64,000 nt of DNA from the human T2T-CHM13v2.0 reference genome, Homo sapiens: NCBI RefSeq assembly GCF_009914755.1, contig NC_060937.1. The stretch is one strand, 5' to 3'. The notes under the pieces were generated by a model. It was not told the origin of the DNA, did no database searches, and was given only the letters and a program-made list of their open reading frames with translations. The position numbers and the translations under genes were made by a program. Below are positions 1 through 12,706 of this stretch, in pieces; the first letter of the stretch is position 1; the number at the start of each line of letters is the position of its first letter.

Positions 1-274
1 TCAAAACTGCTCTATCAATAGAAAGGTTCAACTCTTTTAGTTGAGTACACACATCACAAACAAGTTTCTGAGAATGCTTCTGTCTGGCTTTTATTGGAAG
101 ACGTTTCCTTTTCACCAAAGGCATCAAAGCGCTCCAAATGTCCACTTCCAGATTCTTCCAAAAGAGTGTTTGAAACGTGCTCAAAGTAAGGGAATGTTCA
201 ACTCTGTGACTTGAATGCAGATATCACCAAGTAGTTTCTAATAGTGCTTCTGTCTAGATTTTAGATGATGATAT

Positions 275-291
275 TCCCGTTTCCAACGAAA
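275..291 (-). promoter_or_regulatory. CENP-B box (intact); recurs once per 7-mer
   Basis: The plus strand TCCCGTTTCCAACGAAA is the reverse complement of TTTCGTTGGAAACGGGA, matching the 17-bp consensus YTTCGTTGGAARCGGGA. Confidence 0.95.
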
Positions 292-445
292 TCGTTAGAG
301 CTATCCAAATATCCACTTACAGTTGCTACAAAAACAGTGTTTCCAAACTGCTGCATCAAAAGAAAGGTTCAACTCTGTTAGTTGAGGACACACGTCACAA
401 AGAAGTTTGTGAGAATGCTTCTGTCTAGATTTTGTATGACGATAT

Positions 446-462
446 TCCCTTTTCCAACGATA
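446..462 (-). promoter_or_regulatory. Degenerate CENP-B box (predicted non-binding); recurs once per 7-mer
   Basis: TCCCTTTTCCAACGATA lacks the CGGG-side CpG and alters the TTCG core. It lies one monomer (171 bp) after the intact box at 275. Confidence 0.8.
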
Positions 463-783
463 TCATTAAAGCAATCTAAATATCCATTTGCAGAATCCAC
501 AAAAATAGAGTTTCAAAGCTGCTCTGTAAAAAGAAAGGTTCCACTCTGTTAGCTGAGTACACACATCACAAACTTGTTTCTCAGAATCCTTCTGTCTCGT
601 TTTTATGGGAAGATATTTACTTTTTCACCGTAGGCATCAAAGCGCTCCAAATGTCCACATCCAGATACTCCAGAAAGAGTGTTTCAAACCTGCTCTATGA
701 AAGGGAATCTTCAACTCTATGAGTTGAATGCAGACATCAGAAAGAAATTTCTGAGAATGCTGCTGTCTACCTTTTATTTGAAT

Positions 784-800
784 TCCCGCTTCCAACGAAA
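784..800 (-). promoter_or_regulatory. CENP-B box (intact) overlapping an EcoRI site; recurs in every 7-mer and 4-mer
   Basis: TCCCGCTTCCAACGAAA, overlapped at its start by GAATTC (780-785). Confidence 0.95.
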
Positions 801-1123
801 TCCTCCAAGCTATCCAAATATCCACTTGCAGATTCCACAAAAAGAGTGTTTCAAAACTGCTCTCTATCAATGGCAAAGTTGAACTCTGTTAGTTGAGGAC
901 ACATATCACCAACAAGTTTCTGAGAATGCTTCTGTCTATTTTTTATGGGAAGATATTTCCTTTTTCACCGTAGGCGTCAAGGCGATCGAAATGTCCACTT
1001 CCACAAACTACAAAAAGAGTGTTTCAAACCTGCTCTATGAAAGGCCATGTTCATCTCTATGAGTCGAATGGAAATATCCGAAAGAAATTTCTGGGAATGC
1101 TGCTGTCTAGTTTTTATACGAAT

Positions 1124-1140
1124 TCCCGCTTCCAACGAAA
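1124..1140 (-). promoter_or_regulatory. CENP-B box (intact) overlapping a second EcoRI site; recurs once per 7-mer
   Basis: TCCCGCTTCCAACGAAA, 340 bp after the box at 784 (dimer spacing). Confidence 0.95.
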
Positions 1141-3016
1141 TCCTCAAAGCAATCCAAATATCCACTTGCAGAATCCACAAAAAGAGTGTTTCAAAACTGC
1201 TCTATCAATAGAAAGGTTCAACTCTTTTAGTTGAGTACACACATCACAAACAAGTTTCTGAGAATGCTTCTGTCTGGCTTTTATTGGAAGACGTTTCCTT
1301 TTCACCAAAGGCATCAAAGCGCTCCAAATGTCCACTTCCAGATTCTTCCAAAAGAGTGTTTGAAACGTGCTCAAAGTAAGGGAATGTTCAACTCTGTGAC
1401 TTGAATGCAGATATCACCAAGTAGTTTCTAATAGTGCTTCTGTCTAGATTTTAGATGATGATATTCCCGTTTCCAACGAAATCGTTAGAGCTATCCAAAT
1501 ATCCACTTACAGTTGCTACAAAAACAGTGTTTCCAAACTGCTGCATCAAAAGAAAGGTTCAACTCTGTTAGTTGAGGACACACGTCACAAAGAAGTTTGT
1601 GAGAATGCTTCTGTCTAGATTTTGTATGACGATATTCCCTTTTCCAACGATATCGTTAAAGCAATCTAAATATCCATTTGCAGAATCCACAAAAATAGAG
1701 TTTCAAAGCTGCTCTGTAAAAAGAAAGGTTCCACTCTGTTAGCTGAGTACACACATCACAAACTTGTTTCTCAGAATCCTTCTGTCTCGTTTTTCTGGGA
1801 AGATATTTACTTTTTCACCGTAGGCATCAAAGCGCTCCAAATGTCCACATCCAGATACTCCAGAAAGAGTGTTTCAAACCTGCTCTATGAAAGGGAATCT
1901 TCAACTCTATGAGTTGAATGCAGACATCAGAAAGAAATTTCTGAGAATGCTGCTGTCTACCTTTTATTTGAATTCCCGCTTCCAACGAAATCCTCCAAGC
2001 TATCCAAATATCCACTTGCAGATTCCACAAAAAGAGTGTTTCAAAACTGCTCTCTATCAATGGCAAAGTTCAACTCTGTTAGTTGAGGACACATATCACC
2101 AACAAGTTTCTGAGAATGCTTCTGTCTATTTTTTATGGGAAGATATTTCCTTTTTCACCGTAGGCGTCAAGGCGATCGAAATGTCCACTTCCACAAACTA
2201 CAAAAAGAGTGTTTCAAACCTGCTCTATGAAAGGCCATGTTCATCTCTATGAGTCGAATGGAAATATCCGAAAGAAATTTCTGGGAATGCTGCTGTCTAG
2301 TTTTTATACGAATTCCCGCTTCCAACGAAATCCTCAAAGCAATCCAAATATCCACTTGCAGAATCCACAAAAAGAGTGTTTCAAAACTGCTCTATCAATA
2401 GAAAGGTTCAACTCTTTTAGTTGAGTACACACATCACAAACAAGTTTCTGAGAATGCTTCTGTCTGGCTTTTATTGGAAGACGTTTCCTTTTCACCAAAG
2501 GCATCAAAGCGCTCCAAATGTCCACTTCCAGATTCTTCCAAAAGAGTGTTTGAAACGTGCTCAAAGTAAGGGAATGTTCAACTCTGTGACTTGAATGCAG
2601 ATATCACCAAGTAGTTTCTAATAGTGCTTCTGTCTAGATTTTAGATGATGATATTCCCGTTTCCAACGAAATCGTTAGAGCTATCCAAATATCCACTTAC
2701 AGTTTCTACAAAAAGAGTGTTTCCAAACTGCTGCATCAAAAGAAAGGTTCAACTCTGTTAGTTGAGGACACACATCACAAAGAAGTTTGTGAGAATGCTT
2801 CTGTCTAGATTTTGTATGACCATATTCCCTTTTCCAGCGATATCATTAAAGCAATCTAAATATCCATTTGCAGAATCCACAAAAATAGAGTTTCAAAGCT
2901 GCTCTGTAAAAAGAAAGGTTCCACTCTGTTAGCTGAGTACACACATCACAAACTTGTTTCTCAGAATCCTTCTGTCTCGTTTTTCTGGGAAGATATTTAC
3001 TTTTTCACCGTAGGCA

Positions 3017-3696
3017 TCAAAGCGCTCCAAATGTCCACATCCAGATACTCCAGAAAGAGTGTTTCAAACCTGCTCTATGAAAGGGAATCTTCAACTCTAT
3101 GAGTTGAATGCAGACATCAGAAAGAAATTTCTGAGAATGCTGCTGTCTACCTTTTATTTGAATTCCCGCTTCCAACGAAATCCTCCAAGCTATCCAAATA
3201 TCCACCTGCATTTTCCACAAAAAGAGCGTTTCAAAACTGCTCTATCAATAGAAATGTTCAACTCCTTTGGCTGGGTACACACATCACAAACAAGTTTCTG
3301 AGAATGCTTCTGTCTAGTTTTTATGGGAAGACATTCCCTTTTTCACCAAAGGCATCAAAGCGCTCCAAATGTCCACTTCCAGACACTACAAAAAGAGTGT
3401 TTCCAACGTGCTCTAAGAAAGCGAATGTTCAACTCTGTGACTTGAATGCAGATATCACAAAGTAGTTTCTGAGAGGGCTTCTGTCTAGATTTTAGATGAT
3501 GATATTCCCGTTTCCAACGAAATCATTAGAGCTATCCAAATATCCACTTACAGTTTCTACAAAAAGAGTGTTTCCAAACTGCTGCATCAAAAGAGAGGTT
3601 CCACTCTGTTAGCTGAGTACACACATCACAAACTTGTTTCTCAGAATCCTTCTGTCTCGTTTTTCTGGGAAGATATTTACTTTTTCACCGTAGGCA
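3017..3696 (-). repeat. 4-monomer unit, type A (680 bp); also at 8457, 14575 and 16445
   Basis: 680-bp offset to the next anchor. Diagnostic alleles: ccacCtgcatttt, gagCgttt, caataGAaatg, ctttGgctgggtAcac. Confidence 0.93.
3506..3522 (-). promoter_or_regulatory. CENP-B box (intact), second box of the 4-mer
   Basis: TCCCGTTTCCAACGAAA, 342 bp after the box at 3164 and 338 bp before the box at 3844. Confidence 0.93.
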
Positions 3697-6600
3697 TCAA
3701 AGCGCTCCAAATGTCCACATCCAGATACTCCAGAAAGAGTGTTTCAAACCTGCTCTATGAAAGGGAATCTTCAACTCTATGAGTTGAATGCAGACATCAG
3801 AAAGAAATTTCTGAGAATGCTGCTGTCTACCTTTTATTTGAATTCCCGCTTCCAACGAAATCCTCCAAGCTATCCAAATATCCACTTGCAGATTCCACAA
3901 AAAGAGTGTTTCAAAACTGCTCTCTATCAATGGCAAAGTTCAACTCTGTTAGTTGAGGACACATATCACCAACAAGTTTCTGAGAATGCTTCTGTCTATT
4001 TTTTATGGGAAGATATTTCCTTTTTCACCGTAGGCGTCAAGGCGATCGAAATGTCCACTTCCACAAACTACAAAAAGAGTGTTTCAAACCTGCTCTATGA
4101 AAGGCCATGTTCATCTCTATGAGTCGAATGGAAATATCCGAAAGAAATTTCTGGGAATGCTGCTGTCTAGTTTTTATACGAATTCCCGCTTCCAACGAAA
4201 TCCTCAAAGCAATCCAAATATCCACTTGCAGAATCCACAAAAAGAGTGTTTCAAAACTGCTCTATCAATAGAAAGGTTCAACTCTTTTAGTTGAGTACAC
4301 ACATCACAAACAAGTTTCTGAGAATGCTTCTGTCTGGCTTTTATTGGAAGATGTTTCCTTTTCACCAAAGGCATCAAAGCGCTCCAAATGTCCACTTCCA
4401 GATTCTTCCAAAAGAGTGTTTGAAACGTGCTCAAAGTAAGGGAATGTTCAACTCTGTGACTTGAATGCAGATATCACCAAGTAGTTTCTAATAGTGCTTC
4501 TGTCTAGATTTTAGATGATGATATTCCCGTTTCCAACGAAATCGTTAGAGCTATCCAAATATCCACTTACAGTTGCTACAAAAACAGTGTTTCCAAACTG
4601 CTGCATCAAAAGAAAGGTTCAACTCTGTTAGTTGAGGACACACGTCACAAAGAAGTTTGTGAGAATGCTTCTGTCTAGATTTTGTATGACGATATTCCCT
4701 TTTCCAACGATATCATTAAAGCAATCTAAATATCCATTTGCAGAATCCACAAAAATAGAGTTTCAAAGCTGCTCTGTAAAAAGAAAGGTTCCACTCTGTT
4801 AGCTGAGTACACACATCACAAACTTGTTTCTCAGAATCCTTCTGTCTCGTTTTTATGGGAAGATATTTACTTTTTCACCGTAGGCATCAAAGCGCTCCAA
4901 ATGTCCACATCCAGATACTCCAGAAAGAGTGTTTCAAACCTGCTCTATGAAAGGGAATCTTCAACTCTATGAGTTGAATGCAGACATCAGAAAGAAATTT
5001 CTGAGAATGCTGCTGTCTACCTTTTATTTGAATTCCCGCTTCCAACGAAATCCTCCAAGCTATCCAAATATCCACTTGCAGATTCGACAAAAAGAGTGTT
5101 TCAAAACTGCTCTCTATCAATGGCAAAGTTCAACTCTGTTAGTTGAGGACACATATCACCAACAAGTTTCTGAGAATGCTTCTGTCTATTTTTTATGGGA
5201 AGATATTTCCTTTTTCACCGTAGGCGTCAAGGCGATCGAAATGTCCACTTCCACAAACTACAAAAAGAGTGTTTCAAACCTGCTCTATGAAAGGCCATGT
5301 TCATCTCTATGAGTCGAATGGAAATATCCGAAAGAAATTTCTGGGAATGCTGCTGTCTAGTTTTTATACGAATTCCCGCTTCCAACGAAATCCTCAAAGC
5401 AATCCAAATATCCACTTGCAGAATCCACAAAAAGAGTGTTTCAAAACTGCTCTATCAATAGAAAGGTTCAACTCTTTTAGTTGAGTACACACATCACAAA
5501 CAAGTTTCTGAGAATGCTTCTGTCTGGCTTTTATTGGAAGACGTTTCCTTTTCACCAAAGGCATCAAAGCGCTCCAAATGTCCACTTCCAGATTCTTCCA
5601 AAAGAGTGTTTGAAACGTGCTCAAAGTAAGGGAATGTTCAACTCTGTGACTTGAATGCAGATATCACCAAGTAGTTTCTAATAGTGCTTCTGTCTAGATT
5701 TTAGATGATGATATTCCCGTTTCCAACGAAATCGTTAGAGCTATCCAAATATCCACTTACAGTTGCTACAAAAACAGTGTTTCCAAACTGCTGCATCAAA
5801 AGAAAGGTTCAACTCTGTTAGTTGAGGACACACGTCACAAAGAAGTTTGTGAGAATGCTTCTGTCTAGATTTTGTATGACGATATTCCCTTTTCCAACGA
5901 TATCGTTAAAGCAATCTAAATATCCATTTGCAGAATCCACAAAAATAGAGTTTCAAAGCTGCTCTGTAAAAAGAAAGGTTCCACTCTGTTAGCTGAGTAC
6001 ACACATCACAAACTTGTTTCTCAGAATCCTTCTGTCTCGTTTTTCTGGGAAGATATTTACTTTTTCACCGTAGGCATCAAAGCGCTCCAAATGTCCACAT
6101 CCAGATACTCCAGAAAGAGTGTTTCAAACCTGCTCTATGAAAGGGAATCTTCAACTCTATGAGTTGAATGCAGACATCAGAAAGAAATTTCTGAGAATGC
6201 TGCTGTCTACCTTTTATTTGAATTCCCGCTTCCAACGAAATCCTCCAAGCTATCCAAATATCCACTTGCAGATTCCACAAAAAGAGTGTTTCAAAACTGC
6301 TCTCTATCAATGGCAAAGTTCAACTCTGTTAGTTGAGGACACATATCACCAACAAGTTTCTGAGAATGCTTCTGTCTATTTTTTATGGGAAGATATTTCC
6401 TTTTTCACCGTAGGCGTCAAGGCGATCGAAATGTCCACTTCCACAAACTACAAAAAGAGTGTTTCAAACCTGCTCTATGAAAGGCCATGTTCATCTCTAT
6501 GAGTCGAATGGAAATATCCGAAAGAAATTTCTGGGAATGCTGCTGTCTAGTTTTTATACGAATTCCCGCTTCCAACGAAATCCTCAAAGCAATCCAAATA

Positions 6601-9283
6601 TCCACTTGCAGAATCCACAAAAAGAGTGTTTCAAAACTGCTCTATCAATAGAAAGGTTCAACTCTTTTAGTTGAGTACACACATCACAAACAAGTTTCTG
6701 AGAATGCTTCTGTCTGGCTTTTATTGGAAGACGTTTCCTTTTCACCAAAGGCATCAAAGCGCTCCAAATGTCCACTTCCAGATTCTTCCAAAAGAGTGTT
6801 TGAAACGTGCTCAAAGTAAGGGAATGTTCAACTCTGTGACTTGAATGCAGATATCACCAAGTAGTTTCTAATAGTGCTTCTGTCTAGATTTTAGATGATG
6901 ATATTCCCGTTTCCAACGAAATCGTTAGAGCTATCCAAATATCCACTTACAGTTGCTACAAAAACAGTGTTTCCAAACTGCTGCATCAAAAGAAAGGTTC
7001 AACTCTGTTAGTTGAGGACACACGTCACAAAGAAGTTTGTGAGAATGCTTCTGTCTAGATTTTGTATGACGATATTCCCTTTTCCAACGATATCGTTAAA
7101 GGAATCTAAATATCCATTTGCAGAATCCACAAAAATAGAGTTTCAAAGCTGCTCTGTAAAAAGAAAGGTTCCACTCTGTTAGCTGAGTACACACATCACA
7201 AACTTGTTTCTCAGAATCCTTCTGTCTCGTTTTTCTGGGAAGATATTTACTTTTTCACCGTAGGCATCAAAGCGCTCCAAATGTCCACATCCAGATACTC
7301 CAGAAAGAGTGTTTCAAACCTGCTCTATGAAAGGGAATCTTCAACTCTATGAGTTGAATGCAGACATCAGAAAGAAATTTCTGAGAATGCTGCTGTCTAC
7401 CTTTTATTTGAATTCCCGCTTCCAACGAAATCCTCCAAGCTATCCAAATATCCACTTGCAGATTCCACAAAAAGAGTGTTTCAAAACTGCTCTCTATCAA
7501 TGGCAAAGTTCAACTCTGTTAGTTGAGGACACATATCACCAACAAGTTTCTGAGAATGCTTCTGTCTATTTTTTATGGGAAGATATTTCCTTTTTCACCG
7601 TAGGCGTCAAGGCGATCGAAATGTCCACTTCCACAAACTACAAAAAGAGTGTTTCAAACCTGCTCTATGAAAGGCCATGTTCATCTCTATGAGTCGAATG
7701 GAAATATCCGAAAGAAATTTCTGGGAATGCTGCTGTCTAGTTTTTATACGAATTCCCGCTTCCAACGAAATCCTCAAAGCAATCCAAATATCCACTTGCA
7801 GAATCCACAAAAAGAGTGTTACAAAACTGCTCTATCAATAGAAAGGTTCAACTCTTTTAGTTGAGTACACACATCACAAACAAGTTTCTGAGAATGCTTC
7901 TGTCTGGCTTTTATTGGAAGACGTTTCCTTTTCACCAAAGGCATCAAAGCGCTCCAAATGTCCACTTCCAGATTCTTCCAAAAGAGTGTTTGAAACGTGC
8001 TCAAAGTAAGGGAATGTTCAACTCTGTGACTTGAATGCAGATATCACCAAGTAGTTTCTAATAGTGCTTCTGTCTAGATTTTAGATGATGATATTCCCGT
8101 TTCCAACGAAATCGTTAGAGCTATCCAAATATCCACTTACAGTTTCTACAAAAAGAGTGTTTCCAAACTGCTGCATCAAAAGAAAGGTTCAACTCTGTTA
8201 GTTGAGGACACACATCACAAAGAAGTTTGTGAGAATGCTTCTGTCTAGATTTTGTATGACCATATTCCCTTTTCCAGCGATATCATTAAAGCAATCTAAA
8301 TATCCATTTGCAGAATCCACAAAAATAGAGTTTCAAAGCTGCTCTGTAAAAAGAAAGGTTCCACTCTGTTAGCTGAGTACACACATCACAAACTTGTTTC
8401 TCAGAATCCTTCTGTCTCGTTTTTCTGGGAAGATATTTACTTTTTCACCGTAGGCATCAAAGCGCTCCAAATGTACACATCCAGATACTCCAGAAAGAGT
8501 GTTTCAAACCTGCTCTATGAAAGGGAATCTTCAACTCTATGAGTTGAATGCAGACATCAGAAAGAAATTTCTGAGAATGCTGCTGTCTACCTTTTATTTG
8601 AATTCCCGCTTCCAACGAAATCCTCCAAGCTATCCAAATATCCACCTGCATTTTCCACAAAAAGAGCGTTTCAAAACTGCTCTATCAATAGAAATGTTCA
8701 ACTCCTTTGGCTGGGTACACACATCACAAACAAGTTTCTGAGAATGCTTCTGTCTAGTTTTTATGGGAAGACATTCCCTTTTTCACCAAAGGCATCAAAG
8801 CGCTCCAAATGTCCACTTCCAGACACTACAAAAAGAGTGTTTCCAACGTGCTCTAAGAAAGCGAATGTTCAACTCTGTGACTTGAATGCAGATATCACAA
8901 AGTAGTTTCTGAGAGGGCTTCTGTCTAGATTTTAGATGATGATATTCCCGTTTCCAACGAAATCATTAGAGCTATCCAAATATCCACTTACAGTTTCTAC
9001 AAAAAGAGTGTTTCCAAACTGCTGCATCAAAAGAGAGGTTCCACTCTGTTAGCTGAGTACACACATCACAAACTTGTTTCTCAGAATCCTTCTGTCTCGT
9101 TTTTCTGGGAAGATATTTACTTTTTCACCGTAGGCATCAAAGCGCTCCAAATGTCCACATCCAGATACTCCAGAAAGAGTGTTTCAAACCTGCTCTATGA
9201 AAGGGAATCTTCAACTCTATGAGTTGAATGCAGACATCAGAAAGAAATTTCTGAGAATGCTGCTGTCTACCTTTTATTTGAAT

Positions 9284-9300
9284 TCCTGCTTCCAACGAAA
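9284..9300 (-). promoter_or_regulatory. Mutated CENP-B box (CpG>TpG)
   Basis: TCCTGCTTCCAACGAAA; C>T at 9287 in a core position. Confidence 0.88.
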
Positions 9301-12300
9301 TCCTCCAAGCTATCCAAATATCCACTTGCAGATTCCACAAAAAGAGTGTTTCAAAACTGCTCTCTATCAATGGCAAAGTTCAACTCTGTTAGTTGAGGAC
9401 ACATATCACCAACAAGTTTCTGAGAATGCTTCTGTCTATTTTTTATGGGAAGATATTTCCTTTTTCACCGTAGGCGTCAAGGCGATCGAAATGTCCACTT
9501 CCACAAACTACAAAAAGAGTGTTTCAAACCTGCTCTATGAAAGGCCATGTTCATCTCTATGAGTCGAATGGAAATATCCGAAAGAAATTTCTGGGAATGC
9601 TGCTGTCTAGTTTTTATACGAATTCCCGCTTCCAACGAAATCCTCAAAGCAATCCAAATATCCACTTGCAGAATCCACAAAAAGAGTGTTTCAAAACTGC
9701 TCTATCAATAGAAAGGTTCAACTCTTTTAGTTGAGTACACACATCACAAACAAGTTTCTGAGAATGCTTCTGTCTGGCTTTTATTGGAAGACGTTTCCTT
9801 TTCACCAAAGGCATCAAAGCGCTCCAAATGTCCACTTCCAGATTCTTCCAAAAGAGTGTTTGAAACGTGCTCAAAGTAAGGGAATGTTCAACTCTGTGAC
9901 TTGAATGCAGATATCACCAAGTAGTTTCTAATAGTGCTTCTGTCTAGATTTTAGATGATGATATTCCCGTTTCCAACGAAATCGTTAGAGCTATCCAAAT
10001 ATCCACTTACAGTTGCTACAAAAACAGTGTTTCCAAACTGCTGCATCAAAAGAAAGGTTCAACTCTGTTAGTTGAGGACACACGTCACAAAGAAGTTTGT
10101 GAGAATGCTTCTGTCTAGATTTTGTATGACGATATTCCCTTTTCCAACGATATCATTAAAGCAATCTAAATATCCATTTGCAGAATCCACAAAAATAGAG
10201 TTTCAAAGCTGCTCTGTAAAAAGAAAGGTTCCACTCTGTTAGCTGAGTACACACATCACAAACTTGTTTCTCAGAATCCTTCTGTCTCGTTTTTATGGGA
10301 AGATATTTACTTTTTCACCGTAGGCATCAAAGCGCTCCAAATGTCCACATCCAGATACTCCAGAAAGAGTGTTTCAAACCTGCTCTATGAAAGGGAATCT
10401 TCAACTCTATGAGTTGAATGCAGACATCAGAAAGAAATTTCTGAGAATGCTGCTGTCTACCTTTTATTTGAATTCCCGCTTCCAACGAAATCCTCCAAGC
10501 TATCCAAATATCCACTTGCAGATTCCACAAAAAGAGTGTTTCAAAACTGCTCTCTATCAATGGCAAAGTTCAACTCTGTTAGTTGAGGACACATATCACC
10601 AACAAGTTTCTGAGAATGCTTCTGTCTATTTTTTATGGGAAGATATTTCCTTTTTCACCGTAGGCGTCAAGGCGATCGAAATGTCCACTTCCACAAACTA
10701 CAAAAAGAGTGTTTCAAACCTGCTCTATGAAAGGCCATGTTCATCTCTATGAGTCGAATGGAAATATCCGAAAGAAATTTCTGGGAATGCTGCTGTCTAG
10801 TTTTTATACGAATTCCCGCTTCCAACGAAATCCTCAAAGCAATCCAAATATCCACTTGCAGAATCCACAAAAAGAGTGTTTCAAAACTGCTCTATCAATA
10901 GAAAGGTTCAACTCTTTTAGTTGAGTACACACATCACAAACAAGTTTCTGAGAATGCTTCTGTCTGGCTTTTATTGGAAGACGTTTCCTTTTCACCAAAG
11001 GCATCAAAGCGCTCCAAATGTCCACTTCCAGATTCTTCCAAAAGAGTGTTTGAAACGTGCTCAAAGTAAGGGAATGTTCAACTCTGTGACTTGAATGCAG
11101 ATATCACCAAGTAGTTTCTAATAGTGCTTCTGTCTAGATTTTAGATGATGATATTCCCGTTTCCAACGAAATCGTTAGAGCTATCCAAATATCCACTTAC
11201 AGTTGCTACAAAAACAGTGTTTCCAAACTGCTGCATCAAAAGAAAGGTTCAACTCTGTTAGTTGAGGACACACGTCACAAAGAAGTTTGTGAGAATGCTT
11301 CTGTCTAGATTTTGTATGACGATATTCCCTTTTCCAACGATATCGTTAAAGCAATCTAAATATCCATTTGCAGAATCCACAAAAATAGAGTTTCAAAGCT
11401 GCTCTGTAAAAAGAAAGGTTCCACTCTGTTAGCTGAGTACACACATCACAAACTTGTTTCTCAGAATCCTTCTGTCTCGTTTTTTTGGGAAGATATTTAC
11501 TTTTTCACCGTAGGCATCAAAGCGCTCCAAATGTCCACATCCAGATACTCCAGAAAGAGTGTTTCAAACCTGCTCTATGAAAGGGAATCTTCAACTCTAT
11601 GAGTTGAATGCAGACATCAGAAAGAAATTTCTGAGAATGCTGCTGTCTACCTTTTATTTGAATTCCCGCTTCCAACGAAATCCTCCAAGCTATCCAAATA
11701 TCCACTTGCAGATTCCACAAAAAGAGTGTTTCAAAACTGCTCTCTATCAATGGCAAAGTTCAACTCTGTTAGTTGAGGACACATATCACCAACAAGTTTC
11801 TGAGAATGCTTCTGTCTATTTTTTATGGGAAGATATTTCCTTTTTCACCGTAGGCGTCAAGGCGATCGAAATGTCCACTTCCACAAACTACAAAAAGAGT
11901 GTTTCAAACCTGCTCTATGAAAGGCCATGTTCATCTCTATGAGTCGAATGGAAATATCCGAAAGAAATTTCTGGGAATGCTGCTGTCTAGTTTTTATACG
12001 AATTCCCGCTTCCAACGAAATCCTCAAAGCAATCCAAATATCCACTTGCAGAATCCACAAAAAGAGTGTTTCAAAACTGCTCTATCAATAGAAAGGTTCA
12101 ACTCTTTTAGTTGAGTACACACATCACAAACAAGTTTCTGAGAATGCTTCTGTCTGGCTTTTATTGGAAGACGTTTCCTTTTCACCAAAGGCATCAAAGC
12201 GCTCCAAATGTCCACTTCCAGATTCTTCCAAAAGAGTGTTTGAAACGTGCTCAAAGTAAGGGAATGTTCAACTCTGTGACTTGAATGCAGATATCACCAA

Positions 12301-12706
12301 GTAGTTTCTAATAGTGCTTCTGTCTAGATTTTAGATGATGATATTCCCGTTTCCAACGAAATCGTTAGAGCTATCCAAATATCCACTTACAGTTTCTACA
12401 AAAAGAGTGTTTCCAAACTGCTGCATCAAAAGAAAGGTTCAACTCTGTTAGTTGAGGACACACATCACAAAGAAGTTTGTGAGAATGCTTCTGTCTAGAT
12501 TTTGTATGACCATATTCCCTTTTCCAGCGATATCATTAAAGCAATCTAAATATCCATTTGCAGAATCCACAAAAATAGAGTTTCAAAGCTGCTCTGTAAA
12601 AAGAAAGGTTCCACTCTGTTAGCTGAGTACACACATCACAAACTTGTTTCTCAGAATCCTTCTGTCTCGTTTTTATGGGAAGATATTTACTTTTTCACCG
12701 TAGGCA

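Larger units (their letters stand above)
637..1826 (-). repeat. Representative 7-monomer HOR unit (1190 bp); 44 complete copies in the window
   Basis: Identical ORF sets and sequence recur at exact 1190-bp offsets (637, 1827; 3697, 4887, 6077, 7267; etc.). 1190/170 = 7. The unit phase is arbitrary, anchored on the ORF track. Confidence 0.95.
1827..3696 (-). repeat. Representative 11-monomer HOR (7-mer + 4-mer, 1870 bp) with five CENP-B boxes
   Basis: 1190 + 680 = 1870 bp. TCCCG(C/T)TTCCAACGAAA occurs at 1974, 2314, 2655, 3164 and 3506. The 7-mer portion carries alleles linked to the following 4-mer. Confidence 0.85.

Noticed and set aside
981-990. Short palindromes (CGATCG, AGCGCT, GATATC, TCTAGA) as possible cruciform or regulatory sites
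   Set aside because: They are only 6 bp, expected by chance and multiplied by the repeat. I saw no long dyad symmetry by eye.
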